Assembly: GCF_003704095.1 (NCBI RefSeq)
Contig: NW_020846333.1
Location: 1-64,000, forward strand
DNA length: 64,000 nucleotides
Direction: 5' to 3'
From: Pocillopora damicornis
Lineage: Eukaryota
A program made the translations under genes and the position numbers. Of the stretch, positions 50,018 to 61,511 are shown piece by piece (within the stretch, counting starts at the first letter, position 1; every line of letters begins with the position of its first letter). The notes beneath the pieces are model-generated. The model saw nothing but the letters and a program-made list of their open reading frames with translations, made no database searches and was not told the DNA's origin.

Positions 50018-52335
50018 ACACTCTCAAAAGTGAACTCAAGTTTGCTTCTCGAGCCGCTCCTTGCCTGTGATTTGCTTCATTTTGATGCTGTTTCATCATT
50101 TGTCTGGAAAAAGTCTTGGCGATAATATCAAGACTTACAATTCTACTTGGAGACAAAAACCTTTTGACTTGAAGTACTTAGCCCAGGTCTTTCAAGCTCG
50201 TCAGTTTCAAGCCGTCTTAATCTCTTTTATTAAGTTCTTTATCAATCGTTTTTTCTCCGATCTAAAGTTTTGTTTATTTTCTTTAAGGTCAAGGTATCGC
50301 TGCAATTTGAATAATCTACTCCAAGAGATTTAACAACAAGTCCTCAAAAATGAGTAAGGGGAGCAGTAAAACTGCTTGGTGTATCGAAAAATTCGACAAA
50401 TTTGACTTTTTTTATAGCCTGAGAATATATATCTGGAAAACTTCAAGACCATGTGCTGCTTTTTGCAGTCATTGATTAGTCAGGATAGATTAACTGCAGG
50501 TTTTTCAATCTAAGAAAATGTATCTTTAATGAAGCTTTAATTCAAGAGCAATTTATGGCTGCATAATTTCACATGTATAAGTAATCAACAAGCACAAGAG
50601 GTAAGGTGACAATTGTGTTAAAAAATGAGCATCTACCGAGTAGTAAGGTCATAACTAGAGGTGGTTTCTAAGTAAGCTTAAGTGTTAGCTCTAATCTGTT
50701 TTGTAAAATGGTCTTAGGTTGAATAAATGAGATTTATTTCCAACTTTTTGTTTTTGAAAGTAACTTCCAGTTTCAAATATAAATTACATTTTGAATAAAG
50801 TTATTTACAAAATTCAGAGGGAAACATCACATTAACAATTGGTTTCCCTGGAAAATAAAAATTAAAAAAAAAAAGTTTATGTCGTGTTCATTTATAGTCT
50901 AGCTATAATTGGCCATCAGGAAACCGCAACTGAGGCAACTAAACTGCATAATTCTTCATGCGACAAAAACAGGGATAAACTGTGGCAGTGAATAGTCATT
51001 AGCGTTGTAAGATTAACCCTCACAGATTTGAACATTTTCTTTTTTGCACTATTTAAAAGTTTCCATACGCGTAATCGGCTAGACTGTAGCGATTTCACTC
51101 TCATATAAACCCGCATAAAGACTTCTCAGTACTTGTCCCTGATTGCTCAGCGAACTTGACACTCATCTCGTGGAAGAAGCAAGTTTACAAGGTTGGTTTT
51201 TAATCGTTGTGAATCCCATTTGCCACAACAATCACAGCTCTTGCACGTATTGCAGACCTAAAAAGCTTTTCTTATTCCTGCAACAATGGTTTGATGGATC
51301 ACTCTTTGCCGGAATCACATGACCAAAGTTTGTATTTTGTTCTTTCGAGCACTACTGTCATCGTAAGATATAATTTTTAGAAATAAAAGAAAAAAAAGGG
51401 AAGTTTTAACGAGTAAATGTAGTGCTTTTTCCATCTCTTCTGTGTTTGCCCTTACCACAAAGAAAATGACGTAAAGATAAGGCAATAAATAAATGAATCA
51501 ACAAATAAATCAGAAGGGATGAAAAAGGAATTGTTTTTTATCTCTTCCCTTTTTCCACACCACCTTCCCCTTCCCCGTCCTGATTTCTCGCGAACAAAGT
51601 GCGAGCGAAACGGGAAGCGAAATAAACAAGCGACATATGACTAATTTGCATGAATTAGCTGGCGTGCCTTGATGCATGACTTTGAATTCTCCTTCCCTCA
51701 CGATTGCCGATGTTGTTGAACAACATACCCTATTCAATAACAAATGCTACAACACTTACAACAAATAACAAATAATTCAAACGGTCCGTGGATATTTGAT
51801 TAGCAATTGTCGATTTACGTAACGTGATGGCGTTTCGTTTCGACAATAACTGTTTATTAAAACTATTAGTTGTTAGCTATGATTTCCATCATCCACTAAA
51901 ACGAGTAAATTGAAGTAAACAGATGCAGTTATAAGTCACAAACTGAAGAGGTCGACAAATCTATCCAATTAAAGTGATCAGTAAAGTCATGACAGATTTC
52001 CGTTCTGCTCTCTCAGAAGTCTAGCTATGGTCGTAAAAAGTAGCTTCATGGTTTTCTAAAAGAAAACTATTGATTTTCTGTTTTCAATGAATTGTGTCTT
52101 CAAAACCATAAGCGTTAAGATATCTGTGTTTTCAAAGATCTCTGGCAATGACTAAGCCGAGGATATAAACTTCAAGTAAGACAGATGAGAAATATAGTCG
52201 AATGTCTCGTCAAAGAGATGCAAATCACGAATTATTATTTCGGTTTCAGCTGATGACGTTCTTGTCAGCCAAATTTCCTTTTCTGCGAGAAGGGGTTGTC
52301 ACTGACGAAGGAATGCGTCTAAATTCTGAAATGCG

Positions 52336-52392
52336 ATTGGTCAGAGGAAGTCAGCCGTGATGGACTTTGTACTGTTTTCTTGGAAACTGAAA
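52336..52392 (+). promoter_or_regulatory. Class A promoter: ATTGG, GAGGAAGT, GAS TTCTTGGAA (52377-52385), ISRE-like GAAACTGAAA (52383-52392)
   Basis: Direct motif match. Confidence 0.6.
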
Positions 52393-52477
52393 TAGTAGCT
52401 GATATTTCGTAGAAATGTTTTGAAAGGGCTCGTCACTTGAAAAACGAACCAGTTTACTACAGTTTAAGGTGATCATC

Positions 52478-54554
52478 ATGAATCCTCTCTTGAAGAGTCT
52501 CAAGAAACAAGTTACTTGCTCGATTTGTCTCGATACCTACACCGAGCCTAAAACTATATCATGTCTTCATACATTTTGCTGTAGGTGTTTAGAGAGACGT
52601 GCAAGAGTGAGCCAGAGACAATGGAAATTCAGATGCCCCGAGTGTCAGGCAGAAATCGATTTACCGCAAGGAAATCGCTTCGACCGTTTGCCCAAAAGCT
52701 TTTTTTCACAAAAGTCTGTTAGGTGTCCTTGAAGCGGAAGATCGCCAAGCCATACCGAGGCAACAACAGGAAACTTGCTCGCAGCATACGGAAGAAAGAG
52801 TACGATATTACTGCTCTTCGTGTGAGGCGTGTATTTGTCCAATTTGCGTCACCGAAGACCACCGAGGCCATGCGTTTGATGTGCTTGAAAAAGCAGTGCA
52901 AGGGGAGAAGAAAAACATCGTGTCGACTGTCCAGACCATCAAGGAAAAGGCAAACTTGTTTCGAGCAGAGTTAAGAAAATTAGAGAAAACATCAGAGGAT
53001 GTGGAAATGATTATCGCGATCGCTAAACAAGAAGTGTAGGAGGCAACTGAACACGTGATCACAAAGACGCGACAGCAAGAAAAACAGCTTTTTAGAGTCT
53101 CTAGAAATGACGCGTAGGAGGAGAATGGAACGAATCAACTCGGCTAAACAAGAACTGAAATCTCTAATAAAAAAAAATAACTAAGCAGCTGAAGTTGCGG
53201 AGAATCTGGTGCAGCGAAGATCAGCTGCGGATATCATACAGAACAAACACAAATTGAGGCAGAAACTTGAAGAGCTTCATGGAGTTGAACTTCCAAAACA
53301 TCACCGGGCTACATTTGTCAAATTTGCCGCTGCATCTCAACACAACTTTAAACTGGGTTTTGTTCAAGTCACCGAGAGGCCGGCAATCGCAGCTAAATCA
53401 ACTCTGGAAGGACTGGAGGAAACTTTTCAGGCTGGTGTAGAAGCAAAGTTTGCATTGTGCCCACGGACATCTGGAGGAGAGATAAGTGACTTCGCTGATC
53501 GCGAAGATCAAGTCGAATTACTAATAACACCCGCCAAAGATGTGACAAACGTGACTGTTAATGAGAAAGATGTGACAAACGTGACTGTTAATGAGAAATA
53601 TGACGGAAATGTTAGGCTGAAGTTTACACCCAAAGTACCTGGGGCCCACAGCGTTGAAGTGAGGATTGATGGCGATAAACTACCGACCTGTCCCATGACT
53701 GTGCAGGTAAAAGAACGTGAACTTGTTGTGGTCGGCGAGTTGAAGTTAAAGCTCTTTCAAGGGGACATGATTGAACGGTTAAGTGAAATAACTGTAAATA
53801 CAGAAGGCCAGATAGTTGTGACAGATACATTTGGCCACTATGTCTATGTCTTTGACAAAATGGCAACCGTTTGAGAAAAACTGGAGGCGAGGGTAGCAAT
53901 ACAGGACAATTTCATCCGTCTGAACGCATTTCGTTTTTAAATGACAACGAAGTCCTAATTGCAGATTGCGGAAATAGCAGAAGGGGGGAAGGGGAATACA
54001 ACGACTTTATTTTCAGACAGGAAAGGAACTGTAGTGAAAAGTTTTGGAAAATTCGGTAAAGAAAACGGAGAGCTAAATAATCCAGTAGGCGTTACTGTGG
54101 ATGATAAAGAACGCATTGTTGTGAGTGGGGAAATAATAGGATTCAGGTGATGTCGAAGGAAGGATAATCTATTTTTACATTTGGAGACAATAGCCGAGAG
54201 AAACTCCAATATCCAAACTGCTGCATTCTTAACAAAAACATGTTTCTCGTATCTGATGGAGGCAACCACTGCATCAAAGCTTTTGATAAGTCAGGAACAT
54301 TACTATACAAGTTTGGCAAAGAAGGGAATCAAGATGGGCAATTTACAACGCCGTATGATTTGCTTGCAGACAGCTCCAATAATCTCTTAGTATGTGATTC
54401 TGGGAATAACGGAGTTTAGCAGTTTTCTTTAGACGGTCGCTTCACCGGCAAAATTATCACTTGTTTATCTAAGCCTAAAGTGATAACAAAAACACCAGAC
54501 GGGCGTATTTTTGTTACTAGCCATAATGACAAAAAAGTGTATATTTTGAAATAG
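52478..54554 (+). pseudogene. Full-length class A TRIM-NHL pseudogene
   Basis: Poly-T frameshift at ~52700, TAG at 53037-53039, further indels and stops, and a 30-bp tandem duplication at 53536-53595. Confidence 0.92.
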
Positions 54555-56331
54555 ACTTTTTCAAAAGTGAACTTTGCTTCTTGAGCCGCTCCTTACCTGT
54601 ATTTTGTTTTGTCTTTAATGCTGTTTTATCACTTGTCTGGAAGAACTCTTAGCGATGATATCTTGACTTAAAATTACTCTTAGGGACAAAAACCTCTAGA
54701 CTAGAAGTAATTAGGCGAGGCATTTCTGTTAGGTGTCCTTGAAGCGGAAGATCGTTTAACGGCGAGTCCTCAGAAATGTCCAGTACATCAGAAAAACCAC
54801 AAAACTAAAAATTTGACTTTCTTTTTATGTTGAGAATATATAGCAGGAAAACGTTAAGACCATGTGCTGCTTTTTGTAATCATTTATTGGTCAGGATAGA
54901 TTGAGTCCGCTTTTTTTAAGCTTAGAAAATGTATCTATAATGACACTTAAATTCAAGAACAATTTATGATTGCATGATTTCACATGAATAAGTAATCAAC
55001 GAGCACAAGAACTAAGGTGACAACTGTTTTTAAAAACTAAGCTCAAGTGTTAGCTTAAAACTGTTTTGAAAAATAGTCTTAGGTTTTTTTCTATATAATT
55101 AGGCGAGACAAATTAGAAATGCATTGAATAAATGAGACTTAAAACTTATTTACAGTTTGTTGTCATGAATGATTAGAAAATAACTTCCGGTTTTGTATCT
55201 GGCTTTAAGACCCTTTTTTAATTGTCGCATCATTAAAATGATTCGACAATTAATCAAATTCTAGGATATTGAGAGGAATATGTTCAAAAAATAAGTTTCA
55301 AGGTGACAGATAAACAGTTGTAAGTCACAAACTGAAGAGGTCAACTAATCTATTGAATGTGATCAGTCAAGTCATGACAGATTTCCGCTCAGTTTTCTCG
55401 GAAATCTAACTATAGTCGTAAAAAGCAGCTTTAAGGTTTTTCAAAAGAAAACTATTTATTTTCTGTATTCAGTCACTGATGTCCTCAAAGCCACAAGCGT
55501 TTAGATATCTGTGCTTTCAAAGATCTCTGGGAATGACTAAACCGAGGACAACCTTCGAATAAAATAGATGAGAAACACAGTCGAATGTCTCGTCAGAGGA
55601 ATGCGAATCGCGAATCTCAGCTAATGACGTTGTTGTCAGTCAACTTTCCTTTCGTGCGAGAAAGGATTGCCACTGACGACGGAATAACTGAGAAAACACG
55701 AAGAAGGGCAAGAGGAGGGAAGGAGACATTGATCACATTTTAAAGAACTATGAAGGCCTTTCTCGTACCCAGATTCTACCGATTATAACTGTAACTGAAA
55801 CAGCTTGGCAGTGATGAAAGTTAAGAGTTGTAATATTGATCTTTTGCGCGCGTTTTGCGCTTTTTTTAGAATCTTTACATTTCTCATCTAAATCTTTCCC
55901 TCTCATGAGGCTCCAAAAATTTCCCTTCAGGTAAAATCCGTGAATTCTTTCTTCGTTTATCCAACGGCGAATTTTCAAACAGTAAATATCTTAGAAAGAC
56001 AACTGTAAATTCACTTCAGTCATTTCGCAATAGATAAACAGTCTGAAGTTGCAACAGAGGTCAACTGAGCCATGAAGTGACAGCTTTAATTATAAATAAG
56101 TTGACGGCTGACTTTGTTCTGTTTTCTAGGAATCTGAAACAAAGCCGGTTTGTTTGAATCTTTTTATGCGCTGCCCATCCTTTTGTAAAGCTACAGGGAA
56201 TTAAACATTTCTTCCTCGGACTCCTCCAACTGCACATCGATGACAGTCTAAGAACTAAGAAGAACAATCTCACCAAAAGATTTGCGGTCTTATTGTGAAA
56301 CGATTGAGTTACACAAACGTCCGGGTGGTCC

Positions 56332-56542
56332 TTAACCCTTTAATCCCTGAGAGCGATCAGCATCTAATTTCTCCTTTCAATATCACACATGAACCGATCA
56401 TCAATGTCATAAAAAAAAAGGAAAGGATAATTAACTGAAGAAACTATTGATTGTTAAACAAATTCTCCTTGCCAGCACATTTTGAAATGTATAGAGACCA
56501 GTATGGAGAATATGCATACTGATGTTAGGGTGTAAAGGGTTA
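56332..56542. mobile_element. TTAA-type (piggyBac-like) MITE
   Basis: ttaacccttt ... aaagggtta termini; empty paralogous site with a single TTAA at ~43219. Confidence 0.75.
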
Positions 56543-56795
56543 GAACGACTGTTGTCATACATTTCTTGGTAGCAATTTGCGTTGTTTGCCCAGCGGCGAT
56601 CCCAGAACCCTTTGCGCATAGCAGAGGGAGCCCCGATTACTGACAACTCATTCATTGGCCAGCGGGACTCAGTTGCGATGGACTTTGTGCTGTTTTCTTA
56701 GAAAGTGAATTAATATCTCTGTTTTCGTATACGTGTCTTGATAGGCCTCGTCGCTTGAAAAACGAATTAGTTTACTGCAGTTTAAGGCGATCGTC

Positions 56796-56915
56796 ATGGA
56801 TCCTCTCTTTAAGAATGTCAAGCAGCAAGTTACTTGCTCGATTTGTCTCGATACTTACACCCAACCTAAAACTATATCATGTCTTCACACATTTTGCTGT
56901 GAGTGTTTAGAGAGA
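56796..56915 (+). CDS. Class A TRIM-NHL 5' end (RING start); truncated by gap
   Basis: MDPLFKNVKQQVTCSICLDTYTQPKTISCLHTFCCECLER; preceded by GAS TTCTTAGAA (56695-56703) and GAAAGTGAA. Confidence 0.8.
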
Positions 56916-57471
56916 CNNNNNNNNNNNNNNNNNNNNNNNNNNNNNNNNNNNNNNNNNNNNNNNNNNNNNNNNNNNNNNNNNNNNNNNNNNNNNNNNNNNN
57001 NNNNNNNNNNNNNNNNTTTTTTAGAATCTTTACACGTTTCTCATTTAAATATTTCCCTCATGCAGCCACGAAGTTTTCTCTTCAGTTAAAATCCCCGAAC
57101 TCTTTCATCCTTTATCCAACGGTACATTTTCAAACATTTTAAGTCCCTTAGAAAGACAACTGTAAATTCAGTCAACCATTTCGCAGAAGATAAACAGTCT
57201 AACGTTACAACAGAGGTCAACTGAGCCATGAAGTGACAGCCTTAATTATAAATAAGTCGACGGCTGATTTTGTTCTGTTTTCTAGGAATCTGAAACAAAG
57301 CCGGTTTGTTTGAATGTTTTAATGCACTGCCCATCCTTTTCTAAAACTACAGGACTCCTCGAAATGCACATTGATGACAGTCTGAGAACCAAGAAGAACA
57401 ATCTCACCATGAGATTTGCGGACTTATTGTGAAACGACTGAGTTGTGCAAACTTCCGGGTAAGTGTGGTCC

Positions 57472-57680
57472 TTAACCCTTAATCTGTGAATGATCAGCAT
57501 CTGATTTCTCCTTTCAATATCACACATGAATCAAACATTACGGTCACGACAATAAAGAAAATGATAATTAACTAAAGAAACTATTGTTTGTTCAAAAAAT
57601 TCTCCTTGCCAGTACATTAGGAAATGTATAGAGAGCCGTATGAAGAATATTCGTATTGATGTTTAGGTGTAAAGGGTTAA
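57472..57680. mobile_element. TTAA-type MITE at the same paralogous site as 56332
   Basis: ttaaccctt ... aaagggttaa; matching flanks show the insertion predates the unit duplication. Confidence 0.75.
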
Positions 57681-57978
57681 AACGTCTGTTGTATGTGACA
57701 ATGACCAATGTTTCGTTACCCATTCTAGTGCAATTGGACTAAATTTCCTTTTATGATAGATCACTCGAAGATTGATTTGACCACTCACCATAAATATACG
57801 AAAAAAAGCCTCGTTTGTTGCATTGTCCAAATCACATTTATTGAAATTCTTGTCTTTAATTGCTTTTATTTGAAGCAACTTGAATTACCGAAAGTTTGGT
57901 TGTCTAAAATCGAGGTTTCATCTCTGTCAACATGGTCTTTTTATCATTACAAAAAGGTCAGCTAAGGCCTGGAATACG

Positions 57979-58035
57979 ATTGGCCAGAGGAAGTCAGCTG
58001 TCATGGACTTAATGCTGTTTTCTCGGAAACTGAAA
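57979..58035 (+). promoter_or_regulatory. Class A promoter: ATTGG, GAGGAAGT, GAS TTCTCGGAA (58020-58028), ISRE-like GAAACTGAAA (58026-58035)
   Basis: Direct motif match about 90-140 bp upstream of ATG 58120. Confidence 0.65.
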
Positions 58036-58119
58036 TAATATCTCAGATTTCGTATGAGTGTTTTGACAGGGCTCGTCGCTTGATTACGCATCAGTCAACT
58101 ACAATCTTAGGTGATCGTT

Positions 58120-60144
58120 ATGAATCCTCTCTTTAAGAATCTCAAGAAACAATTTACTTGCTCGATTTGTCTCAATGCTTACACCGAGCCCAAAACTATA
58201 TCATGCCTTCACACATTTTGCTGTAAGTGTTTAGAGACGCATGCAAGAGTGAGCCAGAGACAAGGGAAATTCCGATGCCCCGAGTGTCATGCAGAAATCG
58301 ATTTACCGCAAGGAAATCGCTTCGACCTTTTGCCTAACAGTATTTTTCACAAAAGTCTGTTAGGTGTCCTTGAAGCGGAAGATCGCCAAGCCACTCCAAG
58401 GCAACAACAAGAGACTTGCTCGCAACATACGGAAGAAAGACTACGATATTACTGCTCCTCGTGTGAGGCGTGTATTTGTCCAATTTGCGTCACTGAAGAC
58501 CACCGAGGCCATGCGTTTGACGTGCTTGAAAAAGCAGTGCAAGAGGAGAAAAAAAACATCCTGTCGACTGTCCAGACCATCAAGGAAAAGGCAAACTTGT
58601 TTCGAGCAGAGTTAAGTACACTAGAGAAAACATCAGAGGATGTGGAATTGTTTATCGCAATCGCTAAACAAGAAGTGTCGAAGGCAACTGAACACGTGAT
58701 CACAATGACGCGACAACAAGAAAAACAGCTCTTAGAATCCTTAGAAATGACGCGTAGGAGGAGAATAGAGCGAATCAACTCGGCTAAACAAGAACTTAAA
58801 TCTCTGGTAAAACAGATGAACCAAGCAGCTGAGTTTGCGGAGAATCTGGTGCAGAGAAGATCAGCTGCGGATATCATTCAGAACAAAAACGAGTTGAAAC
58901 TTGGAGATCTTCGTGGAGTCGAAGTTCCAAAACATCGCCAGGATATATTTGTCAAATTTACCGCTGCATCGCAACACAACTTTAAACTGGGTTCTATTCA
59001 AGTGTCTGAGAAGCCGGCAATCGCAGCTAAATCAACTCTGGAAGGACTGGGTCAAACTTTCCAGGTTGGTGTACAAGCAAAGTTGACGTTGTGCCCACGG
59101 ACATCTGGAGGAGAGATGAGTAACTGCGCTGATCTCAAAGATCAAGTGGAAATGCTGATAAAACCCGCCAAAGATGTGACAGACGTGATTGTTGATGAGG
59201 AATATGACGGAAAGGTTAGGCTGAAGTTTACTCCCAAAGTACGTGGGGCCTGCAACATTGAAGTGAGGATTAATGGCGATAAACTACCGACTTGTCCCAT
59301 GACTGTGTGGGTAAAAGAACGTGAACTCGTTGTGGCAGGTGAGTTGAAGTTAAAACTCTTTCCAGAGGACAAGCTTGAACGGTTATATGGAATTGCTGTG
59401 AATACAGAAGACCAGTTAGTTGTAACAGATAACTTAGGCCACTGTGTTTATGTTTTTGACAAAACTGGCAACCGTTTGAGAAAAACTGGAGGCGAGGGTA
59501 GCCATACAGGCCAATTAAAGTTCCCTAAGAGCATTTCGTTTTTAAATGACAACGAAGTCCTAATTGCAGACTCAAGCAATTGCAGAATACAACGACTTAA
59601 TATTCAGACAGGAACTGCAGTGAAAAGCTTTGGAAAAAAAGGCAGAGAAAAAGGAGAATTTGATAGGCCAATAGACGTTACTGTGGATGATGAAGAGCGC
59701 ATTGTTGTAACTGAGTGGGGCAATGGTAGGATACAGGTGATGTCAAAGGATGGTGAGTCTATTTTTACATTTGGAGACAGAGGCCCAGAGAAACTCTGTA
59801 GGCCAACCTGCTGCATTCCTTACAAAAACATGTTTCTCGTAACTGACGCAGGGAACCACTGTATAAAAGCTTTTCATCAGTCAGGAACATTCTTATACAA
59901 GTTTGGCAAAGAAGGGAATCAAGATGGACAATTTAACCTGCCGCGTGGTTTGCTTGTAGACAGCTCCAATAATCTTCTAGTATGTGACTTTGGCAATAAC
60001 CGAGTTCAACAGTTTGCTTTAGACGGTCGCTTCACCGGCAAAAGTATCACTCATTTATCTTATCCTGTGGCGATAACAAAAGCACAAGACGGGCTTATTC
60101 TTGTTACTAGCAATGATGAGAAAAAAGTGTATATTTTGAAATAG
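58120..60144 (+). CDS. Intact class A TRIM-NHL, 674 aa
   Basis: Complete ORF. True ATG placed at 58120 by homology; the ORF track starts at an upstream GTG. Confidence 0.95.
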   Translation: MNPLFKNLKKQFTCSICLNAYTEPKTISCLHTFCCKCLETHARVSQRQGKFRCPECHAEIDLPQGNRFDLLPNSIFHKSLLGVLEAEDRQATPRQQQETCSQHTEERLRYYCSSCEACICPICVTEDHRGHAFDVLEKAVQEEKKNILSTVQTIKEKANLFRAELSTLEKTSEDVELFIAIAKQEVSKATEHVITMTRQQEKQLLESLEMTRRRRIERINSAKQELKSLVKQMNQAAEFAENLVQRRSAADIIQNKNELKLGDLRGVEVPKHRQDIFVKFTAASQHNFKLGSIQVSEKPAIAAKSTLEGLGQTFQVGVQAKLTLCPRTSGGEMSNCADLKDQVEMLIKPAKDVTDVIVDEEYDGKVRLKFTPKVRGACNIEVRINGDKLPTCPMTVWVKERELVVAGELKLKLFPEDKLERLYGIAVNTEDQLVVTDNLGHCVYVFDKTGNRLRKTGGEGSHTGQLKFPKSISFLNDNEVLIADSSNCRIQRLNIQTGTAVKSFGKKGREKGEFDRPIDVTVDDEERIVVTEWGNGRIQVMSKDGESIFTFGDRGPEKLCRPTCCIPYKNMFLVTDAGNHCIKAFHQSGTFLYKFGKEGNQDGQFNLPRGLLVDSSNNLLVCDFGNNRVQQFALDGRFTGKSITHLSYPVAITKAQDGLILVTSNDEKKVYILK

Positions 60145-61511
60145 ACTCTTTCAAAAGTGAACTTCGCTTCTTGAGCCGTTCCTTTAACCTGTGTTTTGTT
60201 TTATGTTTTACGCTGTTTTATCACTTGTCTGGAAGAACTCTTAGCGATAATATCCACAAGACTTACAATTACTCTTAGATACGAATATTTCTTGACTCCA
60301 AGTAATTAGCCTTGGTCTTTCAAGTTCGCCAGTTTCAAGCCGTTTTAATCTCCCCCATCCTTCCTCACTTGGCCATCCATGTTTCTTCTCGGTTAATTAT
60401 TATCCTCTTTAATTGCTTTTTCTCCGATCTAAAGGCTTTGTTTTTTTTATTTAAGGTCAAGGTATTTCTCCGCATCATCAGTGGTGGTTTGAATAATCTA
60501 GACCACGAAATTTAAAATGTCTAGTTCAGCAGAACAACTACATGCTGTATAGAAACATTTAACAAATTTGACTTTTTTTATAGCCTGAGAATATATAGGT
60601 GGAAAACGTTAAGACCGAGTGCTGCTTTTTGCAGTCATTGATTGGTCAACTTTTTTTAAAAATGGGCATCTACTGGGTAATTATGTCATAATTAGAGGTG
60701 GTTACTGACTTTCCAACTAAGCTTAAGTGTTAGCTCTAAACTATTTAAACTATTTATTTTAAGAAATAGTCTCAGGTTTTCTTCTATGTAATAGGGCGAG
60801 AAAAATTAGAAATGCATTAAATAAATAAGACTTAAAAGTTAATTCCAGTTTGTTGTAAAGGATGATCATAAAATATGTTCCAGTTTTAAATATAAATAAC
60901 ATTTTTCAATAAAATTATTTGAAAAACTTTATTGGGAAACATCATTTCAAACTTACAAAATCATCTATATTTGCTCCCCTAGAAAATTAAAAAAAAAAAT
61001 TAAGTCTATGTCATTTATACTTTAAATATAATTGGCAAGCAGGAATGTAGTGTTTTTTCCATCTCTTTGGATGTTTTGAGATGCCAAAGCATTAAGTCAC
61101 CTTTAGCTCTTTCTTTAAGCAGGTAAAATTTTATATTGGCAAGTTAAAAACTAACTAAAAAAAAAAGAAAAAAAAAAAGAAAGAAACCAACAATAACGAG
61201 CAGAAACAAAAGAAAAAATGTGCCTAAATGTATTATTCATAGACATTTAGTTAGAGGGACTACATCCTTTAGTACCTTAGTGTCACTAGCTTATAATTTC
61301 TTCTCACAGTATCACTGTTACATCAAACAATAAGGTCATGAGAATAAAGGAAATGATCATCAGCCAAAGAAACTCTTGATTGTTAAGCAAATTCTCCTTG
61401 TTAGTAAGTTANNNNNNNNNNNNNNNNNNNNNNNNNNNNNNNNNNNNNNNNNNNNNNNNNNNNNNNNNNNNNNNNNNNNNNNNNNNNNNNNNNNNNNNNN
61501 NNNNNNNNNNN

